Positions 44,036 through 54,308 of a stretch of DNA of 64,000 bases are shown here, one piece after another. Under the pieces are notes generated by a model. It was not told where the DNA came from. It saw nothing but the letters and a program-made list of their open reading frames with translations, and searched no databases. The DNA comes from an uncultured Acidobacteriota bacterium. Lineage in GTDB: Bacteria > Acidobacteriota > Thermoanaerobaculia > Multivoradales > SZUA-115. Each line of letters begins with the position of its first letter. Positions within the stretch are counted from its first letter, which is position 1. Position numbers and translations under genes: made by a program. Location: NCBI GenBank assembly GCA_963805975.1, contig CAWDVR010000003.1, positions 544,001-608,000 of the forward strand, read 5' to 3'.

Positions 44036-47000
44036 CGAGCCGCTGTCTCTTGCTGCTGGCCTGCTGCGCCGCGCCCGTCTTCGCCGCTTCGACGGAAGAG
44101 CAGCTCTGGCACCACCGCAACCTCGGCAAGGCGTTCTACGAGAACCCCACCACCAAGAACGAGGCGATCGCCGAGCTGAAAGCGGCGCTCGACCTGGCAC
44201 CCGGATCGGCCCGCGAGCGCATCAACTACGGACTGGCGCTGCTGCGGGCGGAGCGGACCGACGAGGGGGTCGCCGAGCTCGAGCGAGCCCAGAAACAGGA
44301 CCCGTCGATCCCCCACACCTGGTTCAATTTAGGGATCGCCTACAAGCGCGCCGGCCGCTACACCGAGGCCCTGGCCCAACTCGAGGGCATGGTGCAGCGG
44401 GCGGCGGACGATGCCATCGCTCACTACAACCTCGGCGTGCTCTACAACCTGGCGGGCAAGCCCGAGCAGGCGATCGCCGCCTTCGAGCGCTCGGCGCGCG
44501 TCGATCCCAACCTCGCCGGGCCCCACTTCCAGCTCGGGACCGCGTACCGTAAGGCGGGCCGCGCCGCGGACGCCCAGAAGGCGATGACCACCTTCCGCGA
44601 GGCCAAGCAGAGGAGCGCCAACGCCGCCTTCCCCGAGGACCTCGAGTGGAGCTTCTACTCGGAGATCTTCGACGTGGTCGAGCCCGGGCAGAGCGCGCCG
44701 CCGCCGGCCGCGGCAGAGGTGAAGCTCACGCCGTCGAAGCTCGCCTCCGGCCTCGACCCCGCCACCGCCGGCCTGCTGGTCCTCGATGCCGACGGCAACG
44801 CCAAGCCGGACCTGCTCGCCTTCTCGGCGGCCGGCACCAAGCTTTTCCGGGAGGGCCGCACCGAGGTCCCGGCGGGCCTCGAAGGCGTCCAGGGCCTGAC
44901 GGGCGCCGCGGCCGGCGACCTGGACAACGACGGCCTGCCCGAGCTCTGCCTCCTGACCCGGAGCGGCGCCAAGCTCTTCGCCAACCGGGGAGGCAAGCTC
45001 GCCGCCCATCCTGCGGCGCTGCCCGCCTCGGCTTTCGACGCGGCGCTCTTCCTCGACTACGACCACGACTACGATCTCGATCTGCTGCTCCTGGGCGCCG
45101 CCTCGGTCCTGCTGCGCAACAACGGCGACGGCTCCTTCGCCGACCAGACCTCCGCCTTTCCGTTCCGCAAGGGGCGAGCGGTCGCCGCGGCGAGCCTCGA
45201 CGTGGTGGCCGACACCCAGGGCACGGACCTCGTGGTGGGCTACGAGGACGGCAGCGCCGTGCTCTACCGCGACCGGCTCGCCGGGCGCTACGAGGCCGTG
45301 CCGCTGGCCGCGTTGACTTTCGAGGCCGGGCCCATCCTCGCCGCCGACGGCGACAACGACGGCTGGACCGATCTCTTCGCCAGGACCAAGGCCGGCCTCT
45401 CTTTCCTGCGCAACGACCGCAAGGGAGGCTTCCGTGCTGTCGCGATCGCCGGGGCTGCTGCCGGGCCTTTCGCCGTCGCCGACCTCGAGAACCGCGGCGT
45501 GGGCGACCTGTTGACCGGGAGCGGGGCGCTGGCCGCGGACGGCCGCGGCGGCTTCGCGGCGGCGAGGTCGGTGGCCGGGCTCGCGGGCGTCGTGGCCAGC
45601 GCCGCCGAGGACTTCGACGGCGACGGGCGCACGGATCTCGCCGCCGTCGACGGCCAGGGAAACCTGTCGCTCTTCACCAACGCGGTGCCGGGCGGCAACC
45701 GTTTCCTGCGGGTAGCGCTCGAAGGGGTGAAGAACCTGAAGCTCGCGCCGGGCTCGGAGGTGGAGGTCAAGGCCGGCGCGAGCTACCAGAAGAAGCTCTA
45801 CCAGGGCCGGCCGCTGCTCTTCGGCTTGGCGTCGGCGGCGGAGGTGGACACCGTCCGCATCACCTGGGCGAACGGCCTCATCCAGAACGAGACGCGGCAG
45901 GCGGCGGGCGGCTCGCCACGGTTCAAAGAGGCGCAGCGGCTCTCCGGCTCCTGCCCGATGATCTTCACCTGGAACGGGCGCGAGATGGAGTTCATCACCG
46001 ACGTGCTGGGCGTGGCACCGCTCGGCGCCTCGGCCGGCAACGGCCAGTACTTCCCCGTGGACCACGACGAATACGTGCAGATCGCCGGCGAGTCTCTCGC
46101 GGAGCGCGACGGCGCCTACGAGATCCGCATCACCGAGGAGCTGCGCGAGGTGGCGTTCCTCGACCAGGTGCGCCTCACGGCCGTGGATCACCCGGCCGAG
46201 GTCGAAGTCTTCACCAACGACAAGTTCAAGGGCCCGCCGTTCCCCGAGTTCCGGCTCTTCGGCGTCTCCCGGCGCCTGCCGCCCCTGACGGCCCGCGACC
46301 ACCAGGGCCGCGACGTGACCGAGCGCCTCGCGGCGCGGGACCGCACCTACCCGGACGCCTTCGCGCGCGACTACGCCGGCGTCGCCGAGCTCAACTGGCT
46401 GGAGCTGGACTTCGGCCCCGGGGCCGTGGCCGGCAATCGTGCCGTGCTGGTGCTCTCCGGCTGGGTGGACTGGGCGGACGGCTCGACCTTCCTCGGCGCC
46501 GCCCAGGCCGCCGGGGGCGGCCTGGTGATGCCCTACCTCCAGGTCAAGAACGAGCGCGGCGAGTGGCAGACGGTGATCGAGGACATGGGCCTTCCGGCCG
46601 GCAAGCCCAAGACCATCGCCATCGACCTGACGGGAAAGTTCCTGTCGGCGTCACGCGAGGTGCGGATCGTCACCAACCTCTGCATCTACTGGGACGAGAT
46701 CTTCCTCTCCGAGGAGCCGAGCGCGCCGCGGGTGGCGCTGGCGGAGCTGCCGCCGCAGACCGCGGACCTCCACTTCCGAGGCTTCTCGCAGGTCGAGATC
46801 CACCCCGAGCGCAAGCAGCCGGAGCGCTTCGTCTACGCCGAGAAGCGGCCGCTCTCGATGTGGAACCCCACCCCCGGCCTCTACACGCGCTACGGGCCGG
46901 TGGCAGAGCTGCTGGCCGAGGTGGACGACCGCATGGTGATCCTGGGCTCCGGCGACGAGATCCGCCTGCTCTTCGACGCCACAGCGCTCCCTCCCCTGCC

Positions 47001-47283
47001 GGCCGGCTGGAAGCGGGACTTCCTGCTCAAGGTGGACGGCTGGGCCAAGGACGCCGACGCCAACACCGCCCACGGCCAGACCGTCGGGCCCCTGCCCTAC
47101 CACGGCATGCCGCAGTACCCGTACGAGGCCCCGCACGCCTTTCCCGACGATCCGGAGCACCGCCTCTACCAGGAGCAGTACAACACTCGGCCGGCGCTGC
47201 GGTTCATCCGGCCGCTGGCGGAGGAGCGGTGGCAGGCGGGTGGCGAAGGTCCGACCGATGCAGGAGAGGAGGGTTTGCGGTGA
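44032..47283 (+). CDS. Secreted TPR + FG-GAP/VCBS repeat + ASPIC/UnbV-like (CRTAC1-related) protein
   Basis: Signal peptide from ATG 44032, TPRs, DxDxDG repeats, LLFGL...VRITWANG, GSCP, C-terminal KD.D.NT domain. Confidence 0.88.
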   Translation: MTSRCLLLLACCAAPVFAASTEEQLWHHRNLGKAFYENPTTKNEAIAELKAALDLAPGSARERINYGLALLRAERTDEGVAELERAQKQDPSIPHTWFNLGIAYKRAGRYTEALAQLEGMVQRAADDAIAHYNLGVLYNLAGKPEQAIAAFERSARVDPNLAGPHFQLGTAYRKAGRAADAQKAMTTFREAKQRSANAAFPEDLEWSFYSEIFDVVEPGQSAPPPAAAEVKLTPSKLASGLDPATAGLLVLDADGNAKPDLLAFSAAGTKLFREGRTEVPAGLEGVQGLTGAAAGDLDNDGLPELCLLTRSGAKLFANRGGKLAAHPAALPASAFDAALFLDYDHDYDLDLLLLGAASVLLRNNGDGSFADQTSAFPFRKGRAVAAASLDVVADTQGTDLVVGYEDGSAVLYRDRLAGRYEAVPLAALTFEAGPILAADGDNDGWTDLFARTKAGLSFLRNDRKGGFRAVAIAGAAAGPFAVADLENRGVGDLLTGSGALAADGRGGFAAARSVAGLAGVVASAAEDFDGDGRTDLAAVDGQGNLSLFTNAVPGGNRFLRVALEGVKNLKLAPGSEVEVKAGASYQKKLYQGRPLLFGLASAAEVDTVRITWANGLIQNETRQAAGGSPRFKEAQRLSGSCPMIFTWNGREMEFITDVLGVAPLGASAGNGQYFPVDHDEYVQIAGESLAERDGAYEIRITEELREVAFLDQVRLTAVDHPAEVEVFTNDKFKGPPFPEFRLFGVSRRLPPLTARDHQGRDVTERLAARDRTYPDAFARDYAGVAELNWLELDFGPGAVAGNRAVLVLSGWVDWADGSTFLGAAQAAGGGLVMPYLQVKNERGEWQTVIEDMGLPAGKPKTIAIDLTGKFLSASREVRIVTNLCIYWDEIFLSEEPSAPRVALAELPPQTADLHFRGFSQVEIHPERKQPERFVYAEKRPLSMWNPTPGLYTRYGPVAELLAEVDDRMVILGSGDEIRLLFDATALPPLPAGWKRDFLLKVDGWAKDADANTAHGQTVGPLPYHGMPQYPYEAPHAFPDDPEHRLYQEQYNTRPALRFIRPLAEERWQAGGEGPTDAGEEGLR

Positions 47284-49034
47284 TGGGTGAGCTTCGCCAG
47301 TCGCTCTTGGGGATCGGCCTCTTGGCTGCGGTGGTGGGCGGCACGATCTTCCTTTCCTGCCGCCCCAGGGAGGAAGCGCCGGGACAGGCGGTCGAGGCGC
47401 AGGGGCCACCCGAGGTGCGCTTCACCGACGTCGCGGCGGCCTCCGGCATCGACTTCGTCCACTTCAACGGCGCCTACGGCGACAAGCTGTTGCCGGAGAC
47501 CATGGGCGGCGGTGTTGCCGCCTTCGACTACGACAACGACGGCGACCAGGATCTGCTGTTCGTCAACAGCATGCGCTGGCCGTTCGCCAAGGACGGCAAC
47601 GGGCGGCACACCTCGGCGCTCTACGCGAACGACGGCCAGGGGCGTTTCACGGACGTTTCGCGCCAGGCAGGGCTCGACGTCGAGATCTACGGCATGGGCA
47701 TTGCCGTGGGCGACTACGACGGCGACGGCTGGAGCGACCTCTACCTGACCGCGGTGGGCACGAACCGCCTGCTCAGGAACGAGCGTGGAGTGTTCCGGGA
47801 CGTGACCGAGGCCGCCGGTGTCGGGGGCGAGGCCGGCCAATGGTCCACCGGCGCCGCCTTCCTCGACACCGACAACGACGGCGATCTCGACCTCTTCGTG
47901 GCCAACTACGTGCAGTGGTCGCGGGAGATCGACTTCGAGCAGGACTTCCGGCTGACCGGGATCGGCCGCGCCTACGGTCCGCCGCAGAGCTACCAGGGAA
48001 CCTACCCCTACCTCTACGCCAACGACGGCGACGGCACGTTCATCGACGTATCGAAGAAGGCCGGCATCCAGATCGACGACCCGGCGCTCGGCAAGCCGCT
48101 GGCCAAGGGAATGGCACTCGCGCCCATCGACGCGGACCGCGACGGCTGGATGGACTTGCTGGTGGCCAACGACACGGTGCGGAAGCTCTTCTTCCACAAC
48201 CGGGGCGATGGCACCTTCGAAGAGGTGAGCGAGCTCTACGGGCTGGCCTACGACCGCGACGGCAACGCCACCGGCGCGATGGGCGTCGACTCCGGCTATT
48301 TCGCCAATGACGACAGCCTGACCTTCATGGTGGGCAACTTCGCCAACGAGATGACCTCGGTCTACGTCAGCCAGGGCGACCCCACCTTCTACGTGGACGA
48401 GGCGATCGGCTCCGGCATCGGCGCTCCCAGCCGGCGGGCACTGAAGTTCGGCCTCTTCCTCTTCGACTACGACCTCGACGGCCGCCTCGACATGCTGCAG
48501 GCCAACGGCCACCTCGAGGAGGAGATCAACAAGGTCGATCCCAGCCAGCAGTTCCGCCAGCCGGCGCAGCTCTTCTGGAACGCCGGCCCGGCCGCGCCGC
48601 AGAGCTACGTCCTGGTGCCCGAGGCCTCGATGGGCGATCTCGCGCGGCCGATCGTCGGCCGTGGCGCCGCCTATGCCGACCTCGACGGCGACGGCGACCT
48701 CGACGTGGTGCTGACCGAGGTCGGCGGCCGGCCCCTGGTGCTGCGGAACGACCAGGCTCTCGGCCACCACTGGCTGCGGGTGAAGCTCGACGGCAAGGCC
48801 CCCAACCGGGAGGCCATCGGCGCCTGGATCGAGCTCACCGCCGGCGGCGTCACCCAGCGCCGCCAGGTGATGCCCACCCGGAGCTACCTCTCGCAGGTCG
48901 AGCTCCCGGTCACCTTCGGCCTCGGCCAGGCGACGAAGATCGACTCCCTCAAGGTGAAGTGGCCGGACGGAACCACCCAGGAGGTGCCGGAGGTGGCGGT
49001 GGACCAGGTGCGGGTGGTGGAGCAGGGCGGGTAA
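47283..49034 (+). CDS. CRTAC1 family (FG-GAP + ASPIC/UnbV) protein, probable lipoprotein
   Basis: FLSC lipobox-like motif, FTDV, LPETMGGG, DYDNDGD repeats, SYLSQ, TFGLG, VKWPDG. Confidence 0.92.
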   Translation: MGELRQSLLGIGLLAAVVGGTIFLSCRPREEAPGQAVEAQGPPEVRFTDVAAASGIDFVHFNGAYGDKLLPETMGGGVAAFDYDNDGDQDLLFVNSMRWPFAKDGNGRHTSALYANDGQGRFTDVSRQAGLDVEIYGMGIAVGDYDGDGWSDLYLTAVGTNRLLRNERGVFRDVTEAAGVGGEAGQWSTGAAFLDTDNDGDLDLFVANYVQWSREIDFEQDFRLTGIGRAYGPPQSYQGTYPYLYANDGDGTFIDVSKKAGIQIDDPALGKPLAKGMALAPIDADRDGWMDLLVANDTVRKLFFHNRGDGTFEEVSELYGLAYDRDGNATGAMGVDSGYFANDDSLTFMVGNFANEMTSVYVSQGDPTFYVDEAIGSGIGAPSRRALKFGLFLFDYDLDGRLDMLQANGHLEEEINKVDPSQQFRQPAQLFWNAGPAAPQSYVLVPEASMGDLARPIVGRGAAYADLDGDGDLDVVLTEVGGRPLVLRNDQALGHHWLRVKLDGKAPNREAIGAWIELTAGGVTQRRQVMPTRSYLSQVELPVTFGLGQATKIDSLKVKWPDGTTQEVPEVAVDQVRVVEQGG

Positions 49035-49045
49035 GGCGTTACCAG

Positions 49046-49116
49046 TTGATCCGTCGCCTGTATTTGACAAAAGCTGTCGAATCGTCTTGACATTCGTCGA
49101 TTTATGGCTATATCGT
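49046..49116 (+). promoter_or_regulatory. Promoter/operator region of lrp-eamA
   Basis: TTGACA at 49064 and 49087, TATCGT at 49111; repeated TTGA...GTCG imperfect palindromes. Confidence 0.55.
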
Positions 49117-49139
49117 CTGCCGTCATGGGGGCGACACCA

Positions 49140-49640
49140 ATGATCGACGACACCGACATCCAGATCCTGGAGATCCTCCAGACCAACTCCCGCACTCCCA
49201 ACGCCGAGATCGCGCGCCGGGTCGGCATCGCCGCCTCGGCGATCTTCGAGCGCATCCGCAAGCTCGAGGAGAAGGGAGTGATCGGCGGCTACTCGACGGT
49301 GGTCGATCCGCGGGCGGTGGGCATGTCGCTGACCGCTTTCATCTTCGTGCGCACCGACGAGCCCGTGGGCAAGGCCGAGGCGCCGGACGCCATGGCTGCC
49401 ATCCCCGAGGTGCAGGAGCTGCATCACATCGCGGGGGAGGACTGCTACCTGCTGAAGGTCCGCGTCCGGGACACGCAGAGCCTGGGCCGCCTGCTGCGGG
49501 AAAGCCTGGGCGCCATCCCCGCCGTCAAGTCCACCCGGACGACCATCGTCCTCGACACGATCAAAGAAAGCGCGGGTTTTCCCCTGAGCGCCGAGCCACG
49601 GGGCCTCGAGCACGCCAGACTGGAGAAGGTGCCGGCATGA
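49140..49640 (+). CDS. Lrp/AsnC family transcriptional regulator
   Basis: DDTDIQILEILQ, ERIRKLEEKGVIGGY, HHIAGEDCYLLKV. Confidence 0.95.
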   Translation: MIDDTDIQILEILQTNSRTPNAEIARRVGIAASAIFERIRKLEEKGVIGGYSTVVDPRAVGMSLTAFIFVRTDEPVGKAEAPDAMAAIPEVQELHHIAGEDCYLLKVRVRDTQSLGRLLRESLGAIPAVKSTRTTIVLDTIKESAGFPLSAEPRGLEHARLEKVPA

Positions 49641-50626
49641 GCAGCCTGTCGTTTCGCGCCAAGCAGGTGGCCGCGTTTGCCGCGGTGTACGTGATCTGGG
49701 GCTCGACCTTCCTCGCCATCCGCTATGCCATCGACAGCCTGCCGGGCTTCACCATGGCCGCGGCGCGCTTCCTGGTGGCCGGTGCGCTATTTCTCGCCTG
49801 GGCCCGCGTCCAGGGACAGCCCTGGCCTTCGCGCCGCCAGTGGCGGGATGCCTTCGTGATCGGCGGTTTCCTGCTGCTCTGCGGCAACGGTGGCGTGGTG
49901 TGGGCCGAGCAGCACCTGGCCTCGGGCCTGACGGCGTTGCTGGTGGCGACCGAACCGGTGTGGGTGGCGGTCCTCCTGTGGATGACCTCGCGGCGCGAGC
50001 GGCCGCGGGCGCGCACCGTGGCGGGCGTGCTGCTGGGCTTCGCCGGCGCCGCGGTCCTGGCCGCACCCGGGCTACCGGACATGAACGGCGACCGTGTGCC
50101 GCTGCTGCCGGCGCTGGTGGTGGTGGCGGCGGCGCTGGCCTGGGCGGCGGGCTCCCTCTACTCGCGGCGCGTCGACCTGCCGCGCTCGGTGCCGCAGAGC
50201 TCGGGGATGCAGATGCTCGCCGGCGGTGTGCTGCTGGGCCTGGCGGGCGCCGCCACCGGCGAGTGGCAGAGCTTCCAGCCGGGCGAGGTCTCCGCCGCCT
50301 CCTGGTGGGCGCTCGGCTACCTGATGGTCTTCGGCAGTCTGATCGGCTTCACCGCCTACAGTTGGCTGGTGCGCACCACGGCCCCGACGCTGGTCGCCAC
50401 CTACGCCTTCGTCAACCCGGTCGTCGCGGTGCTCCTGGGCTGGCTCGTGGCGGGTGAGCCGGTGGGCTGGCGGACGCTCGCCGCCAGCGCCATGGTGGTG
50501 GTCTCCGTCATCCTGGTGAGCGCGGGGCATGGCTCGAAGAGCAGCCCGGCCGAGATGCCGGCAAGAGAGGGAAGCGAGCCTTGTGGTTGTGCGGCCGGCC
50601 CACCGGCGATCTCCGAGACTGCTTGA
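49637..50626 (+). CDS. EamA/DMT family transporter (YedA-like)
   Basis: VYVIWGSTFLAIR, GNGGVVWAEQ, TYAFVNPVVAV; 10 TM. Confidence 0.95.
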   Translation: MSSLSFRAKQVAAFAAVYVIWGSTFLAIRYAIDSLPGFTMAAARFLVAGALFLAWARVQGQPWPSRRQWRDAFVIGGFLLLCGNGGVVWAEQHLASGLTALLVATEPVWVAVLLWMTSRRERPRARTVAGVLLGFAGAAVLAAPGLPDMNGDRVPLLPALVVVAAALAWAAGSLYSRRVDLPRSVPQSSGMQMLAGGVLLGLAGAATGEWQSFQPGEVSAASWWALGYLMVFGSLIGFTAYSWLVRTTAPTLVATYAFVNPVVAVLLGWLVAGEPVGWRTLAASAMVVVSVILVSAGHGSKSSPAEMPAREGSEPCGCAAGPPAISETA

Positions 50627-50637
50627 AGCCAAGGCGG

Positions 50638-50666
50638 TTGCAATCTCCGGCAGGCCCTGCTACAGT
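50638..50666 (+). promoter_or_regulatory. Cold-shock gene promoter
   Basis: TTGCAA-17 bp-TACAGT with extended TGn; implies a 5'UTR of about 205 nt. Confidence 0.7.
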
Positions 50667-50878
50667 GAAGCTCGTCTGTGCAGAACCGGCATTGAGACCA
50701 GCACTCGGACGAACGTACCTAGAACCAAGACTTCCCCGCCGGCCCGCACCACAGAACCTCTCGCGTACTCCTCAAGCTCAAGCAGTGATCCCGTTGCAGT
50801 TTTGCCCCTCCCCTTTTCCAACGTGCCGCACCCGTTCCGGATGCGGTGAATATCAACACCCGTAGGTAGGAGTAGTCC

Positions 50879-51082
50879 ATGACCGAGCAGGGAACTGTCA
50901 AGTGGTTCAACGATGCGAAAGGCTACGGCTTCATCTCTCGCGAGAACGGGCCGGACGTCTTCGTCCACCACACCGCCATCATCGCCGAGGGCTTCCGCAC
51001 CCTCAATGAGGGAGACCGAGTCGCATTCGAGGTCGGCGACGGCCCCAAGGGCCCGCAGGCGCGCAACGTCACCCGCGCCTGA
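50879..51082 (+). CDS. cspA: Cold-shock protein
   Basis: GTVKWFN, RNP1 KGYGFI, RNP2 VFVH, GPQARNV. Confidence 0.95.
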   Translation: MTEQGTVKWFNDAKGYGFISRENGPDVFVHHTAIIAEGFRTLNEGDRVAFEVGDGPKGPQARNVTRA

Positions 51083-51110
51083 TCCGGCGGCTTAGATCCG
51101 TCTATTCTTG

Positions 51111-51142
51111 CGCCCCGTCGGGTCTCCCGGCGGGGCGTTTTT
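51111..51142 (+). terminator. Intrinsic terminator of the cold-shock gene
   Basis: cgccccgtcggg-tct-cccggcggggcg followed by ttttt. Confidence 0.9.
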
Positions 51143-51166
51143 CATTTGTAGACCTGGTGTGCCGGC

Positions 51167-54100
51167 CTACGCCGCCTCGTCCGCGGCCACGCCCGGGCGG
51201 GTCTCGTCGAGAGCCGACTCGGCATGGGCAGCGAGCGCGGCGGGGCGGTGCTGGTCGCGCGGCGCGAGCGAGGTGAAGACCGCCGGCACGATGTAGAGCG
51301 TGAGCAAGGTGCCGATGGTGAGCCCGCCCACCACCGCGATTCCCATCGGGGCCCGGGACTCGGAGCCTGCCCCCAGCGAGAGCGCGATGGGCAGGATGCC
51401 CAGGATGGTCGAGAAGGTGGTCATCAGGATCGGGCGCAGGCGCTGGGACGCGGCGTCGAGCGTGGCCTCCACGAGAGCGGCACCCTGCTCGCGGCGCTGG
51501 TTGGCGAACTCGACGATCAGGATGCCGTTCTTGGTCACCAGGCCGATCAGCATCACCATGCCGATCTGGCTGAAGATGTTGATCGTCATGCCGAACGCCC
51601 AGAGCGCGACCAGGGCGCCGGCGAGGGCCGGGAACAGGGTCGTGAGCAGGATGGTGAACGGGTCCCGGAAGCTCTCGAACTGGCCGGCGAGCACCAGGTA
51701 GAGCAGCGCCGCGGCGAGGACGAAGACGAAGAGCAGGCTCTGCGAGCTCTCGACGAAGTCCCGCGCCTGGCCGGACACCGCGGTCGAGAACGACTCGTCC
51801 AGCACCTCCGTCGCGATGCGGCGCATGGCTTCGACACCGTCGCCGATCGTCTTGCCGGGAGCGAGGCTCGCCGAGACCGTGCCCGCGACGTAGCGGTCGA
51901 AGCGGTAGAGCTGCGGCGGGCTCGCCTCTTCCGCCACCGTCACCAGCTTGTCGAGCAGGATCGGCGCGCCGCCGCCGCCGCGCACGTAGAGATTCTGCAG
52001 GTCGAAGGTCTCGTCGCGGTTGCCGCGATCCACCTGCGCGATGATCTCGTACTGCTTGCCGTCGAGGAGGAAGAACCCCACACGCTGCTCGGCGAGCGCC
52101 ATCTGGAGGGTCTGCGCCACGGTCTGTGCCGAGATCCCGAGGTCTCGGGCACGGCCGCGGTCGATCGACAGGAGGAGCTCCGGCTTGTTGAACTGCAGGT
52201 TGACGTCGACGAAGGTGAAGGTGGGGTCGCTCTCCGCCGCCTCGACGAAGCGGGGCAGCGCTTCCTTGAGCTTGTCGAGCGTCGGCGCCTGGAGCACGAA
52301 CTCCACCGGCAGGCCGCGTCGCTGGCCCACGGACACCGTCGGCTCCTGGGTGATGGAGGTGCGGGCCTGGGGGAACCGCTTGGCGAGCTTCTCGAGCTCC
52401 GCGGCAATCTCCATCTGGCTGCGCCCGCGCTCCTCCGGGTCCTTGAGCACCAGCCGGATCGAGGCCGAGTTCACCGAGCTCGAACCGCCGAAGCCGGGAG
52501 AGGTGACGGTGATCAAAGAGTCGATCTCCGGGATCGACGCCACCACCTGCGGCGCGATCTCGTCCACGAAGCGGTCCATGTAGTCGAAGGTCGCGCCCTC
52601 GGGGCCGCGCGAGCTCATGCGGACTCCGCTCCGGTCCTCGAGCGGTGAGAGCTCCTTCGGCAGGCGCACCCACAGCAGGGCGATAGTGGCCAACGTGACC
52701 AGGATCGCCACCCAGGCGAGCCAGCGCACGCCGAGGAACGCCTCGAGGCTGCTGCGGTAGCCGCGGGAGAGCCCCTCGAAGAACGGCTCGGTCACGCGGT
52801 AGATCCACGGCTGGTGCTCCCGGTGCTTCAGGAGGCGGGAGGCGAGCATCGGCGTCAAGGTGAGCGCCACGAAGGCCGAGATCACCACCGAGCCGGCGAG
52901 CGTGATGCCGAACTCACGGAACAGGCGCCCGGTGAGGCCGCCCAGGAAGAGGATGGGCAGGAACACCACCACCAGCGACAGGGTCGTGGCGATGACCGCG
53001 AAGAAGATCTCCTTGGTACCGGCGATGCCCGCCGTGATCGGGTCCTGCCCGGCCTCGACCTTGGTGTAGATGTTCTCGAGCACGATGATCGCGTCGTCCA
53101 CCACGATGCCGATCGCGAGCACGATGGCGAGGAGCGTCAGCACGTTGATCGAGAAGCCAGCCAGGTAGAGCACGAAGAAGACACCGATCAGCGACACCGG
53201 GATCGCCAGGATCGGGATCAGCGTCGTCCGCCAGTCGCGCAGGAAGGCGAAGATGATGAAGATCACCAGGCCGAGAGCGATGAAGATCGTCTCCCGTACC
53301 TCGAAGATCGAGCGGCGGATGAAGCGCGTGTTGTCGAAGCCGTCCGCCACCTCGACGTCCGGGGGCAGGTCCCGCTTGATCAGCTCGACGCGGCGGCGGA
53401 ACTCGTCCACGATCTCGATGTGGTTGGCGCCGGGCTGCGGGCTCGCCACCACCGCCACCATGGGCACGCCGTTGCGCTTGAGCACCGAGCGCTCGTTGCG
53501 CGCCCCGAGCTCGGCGCGGCCGATGTCCGAGAAGCGGACCACGCGCCCTCCCTCTTGCTTGAGGATGAGGTCGTTGAAGTCCTCCACGGTGTTGAGCCGC
53601 GACATGGCCCGCACCGGCAGCTCGACCTCGCTGCCCTCGATGCGGCCGGCCGGCAGCTCGATGTTCTCGCGCGCCACGGCGTCGCGCACGTCGAGCGGCG
53701 AGAGCTGGTAGGCGGCGAGCTTGACGGGGTCGATCCACAGCCGCATGGCGTAGGTGCGCTCGCCGTAGATCTGGATGCGCGCCACGCCGGGGATGGTCTG
53801 CAGGCGCTCGGCGAACACGCGGTCGGCCAGCCGGGTGAGCTCGAGCAGGTTGCGGCCCGAGCTCGACACCGTGATCTGCACGATGGGCTGCGAGTCCGCG
53901 TCGGCCTTGGAGACCTCGGGCGGGTCGATGTCCGGCGGCAGGTTGCCGACGGTCGAGAACACACGATCGCGGACGTCGTTGGCCGCCCGTTCGAGGTCGG
54001 CGCCGAGATCGAACTCGACGGTAATGGTACTGCGCCCCTCGCGCGACACCGAGCTCAGCGTGCGGATGCCGTCGATGCCGTTGACCGCCTTTTCGAGCGG

Positions 54101-54295
54101 CTCGGTGACCTGCGAGTCGATGACGTCCGCGTTGGCGCCGCGGTAGTTGGTCGAGACCGTGATCACCGGCGGGTCCACCGCCGGGAACTCGCGCACGCCC
54201 AGGTAGCTGAAACCGATGGCGCCGAAGAGCACGATGGCGACCGAGAGCACGATCGCCAGCACGGGGCGGCGGATGGCGAGGGCGTAGAGGGTCAT
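51167..54295 (-). CDS. RND efflux transporter permease (AcrB/AcrD/AcrF family)
   Basis: RRPVLA, GIVVDDAIIVLEN, LTLTPML, GLVTKNGILIVEF, RLRPILMT. Confidence 0.97.
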   Translation of the reverse strand: MTLYALAIRRPVLAIVLSVAIVLFGAIGFSYLGVREFPAVDPPVITVSTNYRGANADVIDSQVTEPLEKAVNGIDGIRTLSSVSREGRSTITVEFDLGADLERAANDVRDRVFSTVGNLPPDIDPPEVSKADADSQPIVQITVSSSGRNLLELTRLADRVFAERLQTIPGVARIQIYGERTYAMRLWIDPVKLAAYQLSPLDVRDAVARENIELPAGRIEGSEVELPVRAMSRLNTVEDFNDLILKQEGGRVVRFSDIGRAELGARNERSVLKRNGVPMVAVVASPQPGANHIEIVDEFRRRVELIKRDLPPDVEVADGFDNTRFIRRSIFEVRETIFIALGLVIFIIFAFLRDWRTTLIPILAIPVSLIGVFFVLYLAGFSINVLTLLAIVLAIGIVVDDAIIVLENIYTKVEAGQDPITAGIAGTKEIFFAVIATTLSLVVVFLPILFLGGLTGRLFREFGITLAGSVVISAFVALTLTPMLASRLLKHREHQPWIYRVTEPFFEGLSRGYRSSLEAFLGVRWLAWVAILVTLATIALLWVRLPKELSPLEDRSGVRMSSRGPEGATFDYMDRFVDEIAPQVVASIPEIDSLITVTSPGFGGSSSVNSASIRLVLKDPEERGRSQMEIAAELEKLAKRFPQARTSITQEPTVSVGQRRGLPVEFVLQAPTLDKLKEALPRFVEAAESDPTFTFVDVNLQFNKPELLLSIDRGRARDLGISAQTVAQTLQMALAEQRVGFFLLDGKQYEIIAQVDRGNRDETFDLQNLYVRGGGGAPILLDKLVTVAEEASPPQLYRFDRYVAGTVSASLAPGKTIGDGVEAMRRIATEVLDESFSTAVSGQARDFVESSQSLLFVFVLAAALLYLVLAGQFESFRDPFTILLTTLFPALAGALVALWAFGMTINIFSQIGMVMLIGLVTKNGILIVEFANQRREQGAALVEATLDAASQRLRPILMTTFSTILGILPIALSLGAGSESRAPMGIAVVGGLTIGTLLTLYIVPAVFTSLAPRDQHRPAALAAHAESALDETRPGVAADEAA

Positions 54296-54308
54296 CGGGT
54301 CTCCGCGG

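Noticed and set aside
42025-47283. 1752-aa ORF that appears to fuse a desaturase N-terminus with the TPR/FG-GAP protein
   Set aside because: Artefact of the +1 frameshift near 43082; the real genes start at 42478 and 44032, the second with its own signal peptide
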